Shown here piece by piece: positions 28,541 through 38,560 of a stretch of DNA of 64,000 nt (position 1 is its first letter; each line of letters begins with the position of its first letter). A program made the position numbers and the translations under genes. Location: assembly GCA_902793695.1 (NCBI GenBank), contig CADBEI010000002.1, forward strand, positions 10,771 through 74,770, written 5' to 3'. Under the pieces are notes generated by a model, which made no database searches, was not told the origin of the DNA, and saw nothing but the letters and a program-made list of their open reading frames with translations. The stretch comes from an uncultured Pseudomonadota bacterium. GTDB lineage: Bacteria; Pseudomonadota; Alphaproteobacteria; RF32; CAG-239.

Positions 28541-30175
28541 ATGCAAAAGCTGAATTTGAAATATTTTATGGGTAGTTTTTTTCTTTCGCTGGTTGCGGTG
28601 TTTATTGCCACGAAAGTTTACATTGTGATGTCTTTAAACGCACAAACACAGGAAGAAAAAACTGCCGTCATCGAAACCAAGAACATTGAGCTGTTTGCCG
28701 CAACCGAAGAAAATGATCCGATATACGAAAAGTATAAGAGATTATCGGCGGCGGAAGCTCCTCTCGGCACCGTCGACAGCGTTGCGACAAATACCGGTTC
28801 CGCCTCTGAAGAAAACAGCGAGAGCGGCACGGTTTTGTATGCGGAAAATGATGCAGATGATTGGATTAAAGGTGACGAAAATTTTGCCGAACAGACAGAT
28901 AATAACAACTTATCCACAGCTTTTTCCACAGAAACGACATCGACTGTTGATTTAGCGGAAACGGTAGCAAATACGCCGAAAAACGACGAATTGCAGATTG
29001 CCGATGCTACGACAGCTCCTAATTTTGCCATTCCGCTCAAACATAATTTTAAAATAGAAACCGGCGTAGTTTCGATTTCCGACGAAGCTGACAGCGGACA
29101 AATTGCTTTAGCTTCCAAAAATGTCAGCATTTATAATTTAGGCACGGAAAATACCGCAGCCGTAACCGAACCGCTCGCTTCCGAAGTTGAAAACGACACT
29201 TTATCCTCACAATCCACAGCTATGGATGAAGAAACTTATACACAAGAGATTGAAGACAACCCGTGGGAAGTTGCCGAAACCGGTAATAAGCACATTAACA
29301 AAAACACTTTCGGGGTAAAGAGTGAACCGTTGCAAAAAGATGTTACGTTGCCGGATGCGCAAGCCAAAGAAGAGGCCAAAGTAGCCTATACTCCGCAGCA
29401 GAATATTTTGATTCCGATACCGGAAGATATTTTAAATGATGAAAATTTAACCCCGCAATTCTCTACTTCAAAGGAAAATCTTGAAATAGAACAGGAGTTG
29501 CGTGATAAACACCAACTGCCGGAACTGCTGCCGGAAGAAAGGATTCAAAACAGAAATGGCAGCTCATCCGGAAATAACGGTAGTATCAGAAACGCGGACG
29601 GAACAATTCAAAGCATTGATGACGAGAAAGATTTTGATGGCGATGATGAGGAAACCGTTGATAAAAACGACGAAGCGGCTCACGGTTATCTTGACCGGAT
29701 AAATTCGTGGTTCAGCGGCAGTATCCGCAACAAAACGGATGGTTCGGATGCAAAATCGAAAAAGGCCGGTTCCGCCGGAAAAGACCAACAAAGTTCTATC
29801 TTTCAGCGCCTTTTAGGCAAGAAAGAAGCTCAGGAAAACATTATGCCGACGGAATTAAAATTGGCATTCCAGCCGAATCGAGCCGAAATTTCGGGACAGA
29901 CATTGGAATGGTTGCACGCTTTTGCCGATAACGCCGTCAACAATGAAAATGTCGTTGTTGAAATCAGGGTTGATCGTTCGGCTTCGTTTGAAATTCAGCA
30001 AAAACGTCTCAAAATGCTGTATAAAATTTTGGAAGACAGCGGCGTTGAGCAACGCAAGGTCAATATTATGTTTACTGACAGAGAGCCAAACTCTTTTATT
30101 ATTAGGAATGTACGATACGCTACGGATGAGGCGCGGATAGAGGCAACAAAACATGCCGACAATCCGTGGTTTTAA
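28541..30175 (+). CDS. 544-aa membrane-anchored acidic protein, unknown (possible degenerate OmpA/MotB-like C-terminus)
   Basis: N-terminal TM (FFLSLVAVFIATKVYIVM) followed by a long D/E/T/S-rich region. The C-terminal ~110 aa (LKLAFQPNRAEISGQTLEWLHAFADNAVNNENVVVEIRVDRS...QQKRLKMLYKILEDSGVEQRKV) are loosely OmpA_C-like. That domain call is weak. Confidence 0.5.
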   Translation: MQKLNLKYFMGSFFLSLVAVFIATKVYIVMSLNAQTQEEKTAVIETKNIELFAATEENDPIYEKYKRLSAAEAPLGTVDSVATNTGSASEENSESGTVLYAENDADDWIKGDENFAEQTDNNNLSTAFSTETTSTVDLAETVANTPKNDELQIADATTAPNFAIPLKHNFKIETGVVSISDEADSGQIALASKNVSIYNLGTENTAAVTEPLASEVENDTLSSQSTAMDEETYTQEIEDNPWEVAETGNKHINKNTFGVKSEPLQKDVTLPDAQAKEEAKVAYTPQQNILIPIPEDILNDENLTPQFSTSKENLEIEQELRDKHQLPELLPEERIQNRNGSSSGNNGSIRNADGTIQSIDDEKDFDGDDEETVDKNDEAAHGYLDRINSWFSGSIRNKTDGSDAKSKKAGSAGKDQQSSIFQRLLGKKEAQENIMPTELKLAFQPNRAEISGQTLEWLHAFADNAVNNENVVVEIRVDRSASFEIQQKRLKMLYKILEDSGVEQRKVNIMFTDREPNSFIIRNVRYATDEARIEATKHADNPWF

Positions 30176-30217
30176 TCGGCAGACGTTAAGTTTTAACCTG
30201 TATTATAGGAAAATACG

Positions 30218-30952
30218 ATGAAACAAAATATTAAAGGAAAAACAATGACAAACAAATTTGCGATTACCGGCTTGGTATGCTGTATTCTGGGTACAGCCGG
30301 TTGTGTCAGCAACAATAACCAGCGCCCGATGCAAGGATATCCGGACGAACAGTGCAGTGACGGCATATGCACCAGCAACAGCGAATATACTGCAGTATGC
30401 GTCGAAAACGCGGCAGGGTACAGCGAATGCACCGATAACGCTCCGGTTAACTATACCAGAACGCAGGCTGATTTCCGCTCCTATGGCGAAAGAACGGCGC
30501 GTGATCATCGTATTACACAGGCCGCGGCCGGAAACAATATCTCTGCAACCGTTATGCCGAGCATAAATGACGAAGTAGTCGAATACGAAGCTGAGGTTTC
30601 GGGAAATCCGCAGACAACACCGGCACAAGTTCAGCAGTTTGAAGCCATTGATAATGAGCCGGCAGAAGAATATGCCGATGATCCTAATCGCGATTGGTTG
30701 GCAGAAGAAGGTCAGAGTTTGAAAGATTTATTAGTTCAGTGGAGTGACGAAGCCGGTTGGCGGCTGATTTGGAAGACAAATCGTAATTATACGCTGAACG
30801 CCGGCGCAATGTTCCGTGGCAACTTTGCCGATGTGGCATCTGCGCTCGTCAGGGCTTTTGCCCGTGCAAAACCGGCACCGATTGCCACTTTCTATAAAGG
30901 TAACCGCGTTCTGGTAATTGAAACAATGGAGGACGAAAATGCGTATGACTAA
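30218..30952 (+). CDS. TcpQ/PilL-like pilus lipoprotein
   Basis: Lipobox ILGTAGC|V. The C-terminal domain (SLKDLLVQWSDEAGWRLIWKTNRNYTLNAGAMFRGNFADVASALVRAF...ATFYKGNRVLVI) matches the TcpQ/PilL pattern of type IVb pilus systems. Confidence 0.6.
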   Translation: MKQNIKGKTMTNKFAITGLVCCILGTAGCVSNNNQRPMQGYPDEQCSDGICTSNSEYTAVCVENAAGYSECTDNAPVNYTRTQADFRSYGERTARDHRITQAAAGNNISATVMPSINDEVVEYEAEVSGNPQTTPAQVQQFEAIDNEPAEEYADDPNRDWLAEEGQSLKDLLVQWSDEAGWRLIWKTNRNYTLNAGAMFRGNFADVASALVRAFARAKPAPIATFYKGNRVLVIETMEDENAYD

Positions 30953-32546
30953 TTTGTTTAAACTGACTGTTCTCGGTCTTCTGGGGATTACCGTTGCGTG
31001 TTCCCTGTCGCCGCAATTGGATGCGGATATTGAACAGGCTACCAAAGATACCGAGGCCTTAAAACAACAGGCTTCCGTGCCGGATACTCCGATTCCGGAT
31101 GATGTGGTACGGGTAAAAAACGACATTTGGCTCGGTGACACTTCAAAAGTTGAGTTTGAAGGCGAGCAGGTTCCGTCGTATTTGGAGGCCAAAGACGGCA
31201 TTACTTTAATCAGTAACCGTCCTATCACTCTTTTTGAAATCGGCTCTATGATAAACAAGATTACTTCTTTGTCCGTACGTTATGCGCCGGAATTGGAAGA
31301 GACCGATGACATCAAAGGCGTTGCCGACGATAACCCTCCGACACTTGAAACAATCGGTGCACAATGGACCGATTCCACCAAAATGCTTGTAAATTACAAG
31401 GGCCCGCTCAGCGGTTTGTTGGACGAAGTTGCCAATCGTTTCGGCGTATGGTGGAAATATGAAAAGAATGAGATTTATTTCTATCGTTATATTACCAAAA
31501 CTTTCGTTATTTACAGTTTACCGACCAATCCTTCGCTCAGTGTGAATCTTGATGTTTCCGGCGATGGCGGCTCCGGTGAGGGTGCCAGCGGCGGTTCTTC
31601 CATCAGCCAATCCAACTCATCCGGCGACTTGGATATATGGTCACAAATTAATGCGACTTTGGAAAACATGACCACCAGTGGCGGCGCCTACAGCGTAAAT
31701 CAGGCCAACGGTACGGTTACGGTTACCGACACACCTTCCAACATTCGTCGTATTGCGAAATTTGTTAACGAAACAAACGATCGCTTGAGCAAACAGGTTG
31801 CCATCAGCGTTAAGGTGTTCAGCGTTGCATTGAACGATGAAGACCAGTATGGTTTCGATTTAAATGAATTGGTTTATCACAACGGTTCAGACAGAATTAC
31901 TCGAATTACAGCCGATGGTTCGAGTGATATTTCCGGACACGGACTTTCCATGTTGATTTCCGGTAACCATTGGGATATCAACGCGGCGGTTAGAGCAATT
32001 TCAAAACAAAATAAGGGTAAGTTGGTTACAAGCGGTACCGTTACGACTATGAACAATAAACCGGCACCGATTCAGGTTGTTCAAACCGGTCACTATAACA
32101 AAAATATGCAGACAACTACCACTTCCGGAAGCGATAATACCGATTCGACCACTGATGTTGAAGATTATACCGTCGGTTTCATGATGAGCGTATTGCCGAG
32201 AATTCTCGACCACGGACGCTTGATGATGTTCTTCAATCTGTCTTTGTCTGAAGTAATTCAATGGGAAGAAATTGAGTACGCAGTCGGTAAGCCGACATTA
32301 AAAGTTCCAAAGATTGAGACTCGCGGCTTTACGCAAGAAGTGACACTCAAATCCGGTCAAACTTTGGTACTTGCCGGTTATGAAAGAGCGCAAGATACAG
32401 TTGGTAAAGAGGGCACGGGCAGTCCGGACAATATGTTGCTCGGTGGTAAAAATCAAGCTTCCATGGAACGCAACGTCTTTGTGATTATGCTTACCCCTGT
32501 GGTTTTGGAAACTCCGTTGTCTCCGGAATCCAGAATGAGCGACTAA
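30939..32546 (+). CDS. Secretin (lipoprotein type, PilN/BfpB-like)
   Basis: Track start 30918 is TTG. The ATG at 30939 follows GGAGGA. Lipobox ITVAC|S. The C-terminal region is secretin-like (VTSGTVTTMNNKPAPIQVVQ, FMMSVLPRILDHG, VTLKSGQTLVLAGYERAQD...NVFVIMLTPVVLE). Confidence 0.75.
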   Translation: MRMTNLFKLTVLGLLGITVACSLSPQLDADIEQATKDTEALKQQASVPDTPIPDDVVRVKNDIWLGDTSKVEFEGEQVPSYLEAKDGITLISNRPITLFEIGSMINKITSLSVRYAPELEETDDIKGVADDNPPTLETIGAQWTDSTKMLVNYKGPLSGLLDEVANRFGVWWKYEKNEIYFYRYITKTFVIYSLPTNPSLSVNLDVSGDGGSGEGASGGSSISQSNSSGDLDIWSQINATLENMTTSGGAYSVNQANGTVTVTDTPSNIRRIAKFVNETNDRLSKQVAISVKVFSVALNDEDQYGFDLNELVYHNGSDRITRITADGSSDISGHGLSMLISGNHWDINAAVRAISKQNKGKLVTSGTVTTMNNKPAPIQVVQTGHYNKNMQTTTTSGSDNTDSTTDVEDYTVGFMMSVLPRILDHGRLMMFFNLSLSEVIQWEEIEYAVGKPTLKVPKIETRGFTQEVTLKSGQTLVLAGYERAQDTVGKEGTGSPDNMLLGGKNQASMERNVFVIMLTPVVLETPLSPESRMSD

Positions 32547-32567
32547 CACTTATAAGGGAGAAAACCA

Positions 32568-33833
32568 GTGGACGATACGCAAACTGAAGAAAAGGCCTGG
32601 AAATCGACGTTCAGCAGCGACGGTACGGTTTATGCCGCCAGTCTGTTCTGGCAACCGTTGCTGAACGAAGATAAGCCTTTGCCCGAAGTCAAAGAAGCGG
32701 CCGAAAATATTATGGAAGGTGCCGACCTCTACGTCACACGTAAAGGCAAATCAGCCCAGTTTGGTTTGGCGGCTTCTTCGCAAGGATTCACCAAAGGCTT
32801 GCCTTCTGCCGCTATTGCTTTAATTTCCGGGTTGGGAAACGTCACATCGTTTCTGGGTGTATTTAAGGTAGATACCGGTTGGTGGTATATTTGTTACAGA
32901 AACGATGTTATCCTCTCCGACGGCGATACTTTATTTATTAATGAACGCGATGCCAAAAATCAGTTTATCTCAATGTTGGCTGTGCCGGATTGGGACGCGA
33001 TTTATGCACCGGCCGAATGGGCTATAGAAGATACAAAATCAACCGAACTCGGTCCGCTTTTAAATCGCGGTTTGCAAGTTAAACTTGATAAAATTGACGC
33101 CAGTAATGATACCATTATGTTGGCGGTTATCGTAGTATGTTTTGCCATTATTCTCTGGTTTGCTTATTCTACGCTGAAAGATTTGTTTTTCTCTGCACCG
33201 AGCGCACCTGTGATTGCGCCGATTGAACAAGCAGAACAGGCCGAGTTGCCTCCGGAACCGAAACCATGGGAAGATTTGAATAATCCGGTTGATGTAATGC
33301 GAAATTGTTATGACGGCGTACAAAAAGTGGTGCAAATTTTAACTCCGGGATGGGTACTGGGACCTATAACCTGTGCTCCGAATTCGGGAATCGTAACCTC
33401 TTGGACTCGTGAACACGGACGTCTGACTTGGATTCATCAGGCATTGGATGTTTCCGGTGTTCCGTTTACGTCGCGTGTTTTATCCAGAGACGGTAATGAA
33501 ATCATTGTAACAACACCGATTGATAAGTCAAAGACTTTCAATTCTCCGCCGGAATATACCGAAGATGAATTAATTGACACCATCAATGATATCAATCAGG
33601 CTCTTGACCTGCAGCAGTTCAATTCGCAAATCTCGCTTAATCCGATTTCTTGGGTTTCTCCGCGCGGAACAAAATATCAGTTGTTGGAATTTACCATTAC
33701 TTCAAATAACGATCCGCTGGAATGGATTGACTTGTTAATGAAATTTTCAGGGTTATCGATTAAAAGTATAATATACAATATCCACTCTAATGACGCAAAG
33801 TGGACTTACAAAGGAGAAATTTATGAGTTATAA
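32568..33833 (+). CDS. Pilus assembly protein in the PilO position (IncI1-type nomenclature), single central TM
   Basis: 421 aa, GTG start after GGGAG, central TM (IMLAVIVVCFAIILWFAYSTL). The assignment rests on position between secretin and ATPase only. Confidence 0.35.
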   Translation: MDDTQTEEKAWKSTFSSDGTVYAASLFWQPLLNEDKPLPEVKEAAENIMEGADLYVTRKGKSAQFGLAASSQGFTKGLPSAAIALISGLGNVTSFLGVFKVDTGWWYICYRNDVILSDGDTLFINERDAKNQFISMLAVPDWDAIYAPAEWAIEDTKSTELGPLLNRGLQVKLDKIDASNDTIMLAVIVVCFAIILWFAYSTLKDLFFSAPSAPVIAPIEQAEQAELPPEPKPWEDLNNPVDVMRNCYDGVQKVVQILTPGWVLGPITCAPNSGIVTSWTREHGRLTWIHQALDVSGVPFTSRVLSRDGNEIIVTTPIDKSKTFNSPPEYTEDELIDTINDINQALDLQQFNSQISLNPISWVSPRGTKYQLLEFTITSNNDPLEWIDLLMKFSGLSIKSIIYNIHSNDAKWTYKGEIYEL

Positions 33834-35658
33834 TCTGAAAAATAAAGCAGTGGTTGTCATCGCGTTGGCTTTTGCATTTACGCTGACGCTGAATCATATA
33901 AGTTTTGCCGCAGACGAAATTGCCGCTGCCGGCGCAGAAAACGCGGTCACGGTTTCCGTACCGACCGATGCATTAATTCAACCGGCAGAAGCTGCCGCAG
34001 ATGAAATTGCTAAAGCAGCGGATAAGGTTTCTGACGCCGCCGATAAAGCAGTCGATGCGGTTAATCAGGCTGCCGATGCCGTAAATGATGTCACCAATGA
34101 CATACAAAATGCCAAAGCTGCCGTTGCTCAGGTTGCCGAAGTTTCTCCGGAAGCCGCCGGCGCGGATACGGCCGGTGTGGAACAACTTCCTTTTGCTCCG
34201 ACGGAAGATGAAATAGCTGCCGCTTTGCCGGAAAAGAGCAACGATGAAAGTTTAGATTTCTTAAATGAGCAAAAACCGGATGATTTTCTTAACAATTCCG
34301 AAGTGACGATTGACACTGTTGGGGCACCGGTAACAGTTGAGTCTGAAGCCGGTGTTGCACCGGTTGCAACCACAGATCAACCGACAGAAGCCCATGCTGA
34401 AGATAATCCTTTGGATGAAGCGTCCTTGAGCGAAGCCTCTTTGGATGATGCATCTTTGAACGCGGGATTTGAAGAACTTAAAGAACTGGATCCGGCTTTG
34501 CCTGATGCAGAAGCTCCGAAGTCTCCTCTGGAAAAATTCGGTAATGCCATTCTCTCCAAGGTTGACAACAACTTGTTCAATCAGATGTCTCACATTGAAA
34601 AAGAGGCAACCTTGTTACAATTGGAGAAAAAGCGCGAAGAACTCCGTACAAAAGTTTTGGAAGAACGTCAGAAGAGTTTGGCTATCATTGAGGCCACAAA
34701 ACGTGCCAAGATGCAGCTGGAAGAAGAACGTTTGAGAGCCGAAGCCGAGCGCAAAGCCAGAATTTTGGAAGAAGAACGCAAGCTTAAAGAAAAAGAAATG
34801 GAACTCGAAAAGCTCAGACAAGCAAAAGTTATCAACGATTATATGAACGAGATGTTGATGATGAATCAACAATGGGTGGAAAAGAGTGCAAAACTCCAAG
34901 GTCGTATTAAAGAGTTGGAAGATGAACGTGTTGACCTTATCGAAACTTTCAAAACCAAGATAACAAGCGTTGATGAGGAAATCTTAAAAACCAAAGAGCA
35001 CGCGGTTTTGGTGGTAAAGGAACACGAAAGAGTCGTTTCCGAATTCGAAAGTAAGATTAAAGATTTGGAAGGCACCATTAACGACTTGAACCTCGAATTG
35101 AGTGTGAACCGCAAGAAGATAAAACAGTTGCAGGAAGCCGCCGAAAATAAGGCCAATGAAGAAGTAAGTGAAGAAGGTCCGAACAAAAACGATAAGGATA
35201 TGTCGCAGCAATACGCCATTATGGATATTACCGGTAAGGGTGATGATATTGTGGCTAAAATTATCAATACCGACGGTAAAGTGTTTATTGTTCACAAAGG
35301 CTCCATGCTGAAAAACGGTGAAGTGGTTACCGCCATTACGGATCACTATATATCTTTTGAAAATAAAGGTGTTAAAAGTTATCTGTATACCGGCAATACC
35401 ATTGTTGAATATGAACCGGAAGCATCTTTCAGCGGAACTAACGATATCCTCTCCAATGTCTTATCTGAAGATGATGATTTGCTGGAAGGTGCAGAGGCTT
35501 CGGATAGACCGAAGAACAACGATAAAGCCAAACAAACCAAGCCTAAGAAGAGCAGTGCTTCCAAAGTTAAGAAAGAAGTTATCCCTCCGGGAAGTTCTAC
35601 TCCGGTCAGCAAACATGTTTCGGCCCCTTCATTCGGTAGAGGAATGTTTGTAAGATAA
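33823..35658 (+). CDS. PilP-like protein with a long Ala-rich/coiled-coil extension
   Basis: The ATG at 33823 follows AAGGAG (track start 33790). It has a signal/anchor (VVVIALAFAFTLTLNHISFA), an A/D/E-rich segment and a ~200-aa K/E coiled coil. A PilP-like beta module follows (YAIMDITGKGDDIVAKIINTDGKVFIVHKGSMLKNGEVVTAITDHYISFENKG), then a K-rich tail. Confidence 0.4.
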   Translation: MSYNLKNKAVVVIALAFAFTLTLNHISFAADEIAAAGAENAVTVSVPTDALIQPAEAAADEIAKAADKVSDAADKAVDAVNQAADAVNDVTNDIQNAKAAVAQVAEVSPEAAGADTAGVEQLPFAPTEDEIAAALPEKSNDESLDFLNEQKPDDFLNNSEVTIDTVGAPVTVESEAGVAPVATTDQPTEAHAEDNPLDEASLSEASLDDASLNAGFEELKELDPALPDAEAPKSPLEKFGNAILSKVDNNLFNQMSHIEKEATLLQLEKKREELRTKVLEERQKSLAIIEATKRAKMQLEEERLRAEAERKARILEEERKLKEKEMELEKLRQAKVINDYMNEMLMMNQQWVEKSAKLQGRIKELEDERVDLIETFKTKITSVDEEILKTKEHAVLVVKEHERVVSEFESKIKDLEGTINDLNLELSVNRKKIKQLQEAAENKANEEVSEEGPNKNDKDMSQQYAIMDITGKGDDIVAKIINTDGKVFIVHKGSMLKNGEVVTAITDHYISFENKGVKSYLYTGNTIVEYEPEASFSGTNDILSNVLSEDDDLLEGAEASDRPKNNDKAKQTKPKKSSASKVKKEVIPPGSSTPVSKHVSAPSFGRGMFVR

Positions 35659-35670
35659 CATATAAATACT

Positions 35671-37425
35671 ATGGCAGATGAAGTTAAAACAACAGAACAA
35701 AATCAAGACTTATCGGCAGGAATCACTGTCGATAAGTCTCCTGTTGACGTTGCTGCCGTAATTACACCGAAGGCAAATGCTCCGAAAAAGGAAGAAGCGG
35801 CGCACATATCCGATATTGAAGAAAATGAAAACATCGCCCAAAAAGAAGATGATGATCCGCAAACCTCTTTCAGACATCTGTTTGCCAATGATAATCGCCT
35901 ACTGACGCTCGAAAACGGCGAAATCGTGGTTGATCCGGAAACACGCCGTATGTTGGCTTTGTTTTCCGACGGTACTTATCTGGTTGACGAAGGACACAGG
36001 TTTGACGGTAAAGTTCTGAACTTTACGGCAACAGCTCGTCGTCGTAAGATTCCGATTTCGGATCCGCGTTATGTTTCTACGGCGGAAATTTCGGCAATTT
36101 ATGCCTTCGCCGAACGCGGTACCGGTCAAATCAATATTTCGGCTGCGGAAACGTCAGACTATCAGATGCAAATCGACTTTTTGAGCGTTATCAGTCGTGC
36201 CGCCATTCATAAAGTTTCCGATATTCACGTTATAGTCGGCAATTCCACCATTGTTTATTTCCGTTCCAGCGGTATGATGGAGCGCGAATTGGAATATTCA
36301 AAAGAATGGGGCGAAGCCTTCGTGCGTGCGGCTTTTGCTTCGGCAGATATTTCCGATGCCAACTATGCGCAAAACGAATTCCAAGGTGCCCAAAAGTTGG
36401 GTTCAACACCGTTACGCGGCACAAATGGTAAATTGCGTTTGCCGCACAACATTCTGGCTATTCGTTTACAATTTAATCCGGTGGCATTCGGTTCGCAATA
36501 TCTGGTTATGCGTCTATTGTATGCCGATGATAATCCTAACGGAGACGGCGATTTGCGTTCTCTCGGTTTGGGCGACCGCGAAATAGATTTATTTTATCGT
36601 TTGAGAGCCAGTGCAACCGGCCTGAAAATCATCGCCGGACCGACCGGTTCCGGTAAATCCACTACCCTGCAACGTAACATGATTAAACTTTTGCAGGAAC
36701 ATAACAACGAAATTAACGTAATTACCGTGGAAGATCCGCCGGAGTACCCGATTCCGGGGGCAAGGCAAATGCCGGTTACCAATGCCAGCTCTGAAGAAGA
36801 AAAAGATGATGCGTTCAATAAAGCGTTATCAGCGGCACTTCGTTCCGACCCTGACGTTATTATGGTCGGCGAAATCCGTACTTTGTCTGCCGCAACTCTT
36901 GTGTTCCGCGGTGCGCTTTCCGGTCACAGTGTGTGGTCAACTTTGCACGCCAACTCGGCACCGGCGATTATTACTCGTCTGCGCGATATGGGAGTGCAGT
37001 CGTATATGTTGGAAGATCCGGAAATTATGAAGGGGCTTATTTCGCAACGTTTGTTCCGAAAAATTTGTCCTTACTGCCGTGTTCCGGTTAAAAAGAGAAT
37101 GTCTGATCCGTCATTTAAGCGTTTGGAAACGGCACTCGGTGAATATGGCGTAGACAATACCTATGTCCGCGGTCCGGGATGCAAATTCTGTGACAATAAG
37201 GGCGTTATCGGCCGAATGTCCGTGCCGGAAATTATTTTGCCAGATGCTCACTTTTTGCAGCTTATGATTAAGGGTGAAACCAAAGACGCCATTGATTATT
37301 GGGTAAGCGAACTTAACGGACGTCCTTTGCGTGAGGCGGCTATTGAACGTATGCTTAAGGGATATATTGATTTGGATGAAGTCGAACGGTGGTGCGGTCT
37401 GTTGGATCAGCGACCTATTTACTAG
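35671..37425 (+). CDS. GspE/PilB-family pilus assembly ATPase
   Basis: Walker A GPTGSGKST, Asp box ITVEDPPEYP, Walker B DVIMVGEIR, His box GHSVWSTLHAN, and tetracysteine CPYC...CKFC. Confidence 0.9.
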   Translation: MADEVKTTEQNQDLSAGITVDKSPVDVAAVITPKANAPKKEEAAHISDIEENENIAQKEDDDPQTSFRHLFANDNRLLTLENGEIVVDPETRRMLALFSDGTYLVDEGHRFDGKVLNFTATARRRKIPISDPRYVSTAEISAIYAFAERGTGQINISAAETSDYQMQIDFLSVISRAAIHKVSDIHVIVGNSTIVYFRSSGMMERELEYSKEWGEAFVRAAFASADISDANYAQNEFQGAQKLGSTPLRGTNGKLRLPHNILAIRLQFNPVAFGSQYLVMRLLYADDNPNGDGDLRSLGLGDREIDLFYRLRASATGLKIIAGPTGSGKSTTLQRNMIKLLQEHNNEINVITVEDPPEYPIPGARQMPVTNASSEEEKDDAFNKALSAALRSDPDVIMVGEIRTLSAATLVFRGALSGHSVWSTLHANSAPAIITRLRDMGVQSYMLEDPEIMKGLISQRLFRKICPYCRVPVKKRMSDPSFKRLETALGEYGVDNTYVRGPGCKFCDNKGVIGRMSVPEIILPDAHFLQLMIKGETKDAIDYWVSELNGRPLREAAIERMLKGYIDLDEVERWCGLLDQRPIY

Positions 37426-37438
37426 GAGATAACGGAAA

Positions 37439-38560
37439 ATGCCAGAGATAAAGAAAAGAAGTGCCTTTAATCGAGCCATGGGAACCACTAACAAGTGGAT
37501 GCTTACGTACGCTAAATTTATGTGCAATATGTCAAATAAAGGCCGGCTGAAAATCTACCGCAAACTGGCAGCGTTATTGCGCAACCGTTTTTCATTGATG
37601 AACTCTCTTGATATGATATACGGCGGTATTTCGGAAGAAGGTGCACACCCAAACGAACCGATGGCTATTGCCATAAGTGCATGGGGGCGCTCGTTGCAGG
37701 AAGGTCATCCGTTTTCCGACGCCCTAAAGGGTTGGGCACCGGATCGTGAACGTTTGATGCTGTCCGTCGGCGATGTGTCAGACTTGGAAAGTGCTTTATT
37801 GAACCTGATTAAGGTTTCTGAAGGTTCTTCCCGTATGATTCGACCGATTGTCAGTGCAATTGCCTACCCGTCTTTTTTGATGATGATGGCGGTGTTGATT
37901 TTGTACGCCATCGGTGTATATATGGTTCCGCCTATGCTCAGTGCGGCTCCGAACACGGTATGGACGGGAACGGCGCGTTCGCTCGTTAATCTTTCGGAAT
38001 GGATTCAGAAAAACTGGCCTATTGCATTTGCCATTTTACCGGCAATCGGTTTGACTATTTATTTGACTATCGGCATTTGGTCAGGCAAAATCAGAGTTAA
38101 GTTTGACCGTTTTCCGCCATGGTCTCTTTATAAAATATTTACCGGTATTACTTGGTTGTTGGCGCTTTCCGCTTTGGTAAAAGGCGGTGTGCCGGTATCA
38201 GTGGCATTAACGTCTTTGCGCAAAGATGCCAGCCGTTATTTGCGTGACCGTATTGACGGTGCTTTGTTCCACATTAAAAACGGTGATAACCTCGGTCAAG
38301 CCCTGTCCAAAGCCAAACAAGAATTTCCGGATAAACAGATTATTTCCGACTTAAAAGTGTATTCGGAATTGGATAACTTTGAAGAGGCGCTGGATAAACT
38401 GGCTAATGAGTGGCTGGAAGAATCCGTATATTTAATTGAACAAAAAGCCGAAGTTATGAACATTGTGGCCATGCTGTTCGTGTCCGGCATTATTGCTTGG
38501 GCGGTGTTCGGCACCTTTGATATGCAAGACCAAATTACCAGCTCGATGGGTAAATCATAA
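37439..38560 (+). CDS. GspF/PilC-family inner-membrane platform protein
   Basis: 373 aa with two T2SSF-like halves (YRKLAALLRNRFSLMNSLDMI; LSALVKGGVPVSVALTSLRKD...NGDNLGQALSK) and three hydrophobic segments. Confidence 0.8.
   Translation: MPEIKKRSAFNRAMGTTNKWMLTYAKFMCNMSNKGRLKIYRKLAALLRNRFSLMNSLDMIYGGISEEGAHPNEPMAIAISAWGRSLQEGHPFSDALKGWAPDRERLMLSVGDVSDLESALLNLIKVSEGSSRMIRPIVSAIAYPSFLMMMAVLILYAIGVYMVPPMLSAAPNTVWTGTARSLVNLSEWIQKNWPIAFAILPAIGLTIYLTIGIWSGKIRVKFDRFPPWSLYKIFTGITWLLALSALVKGGVPVSVALTSLRKDASRYLRDRIDGALFHIKNGDNLGQALSKAKQEFPDKQIISDLKVYSELDNFEEALDKLANEWLEESVYLIEQKAEVMNIVAMLFVSGIIAWAVFGTFDMQDQITSSMGKS

Noticed and set aside
28618-31258. Minus-strand ORFs 28618..29130, 30203..30628 and 30731..31258, and the plus-strand alternative frame 30258..30566, in the pilus cluster
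   Set aside because: They overlap better-supported plus-strand genes (lipobox lipoprotein with TcpQ-like domain, secretin). No motifs or RBS.
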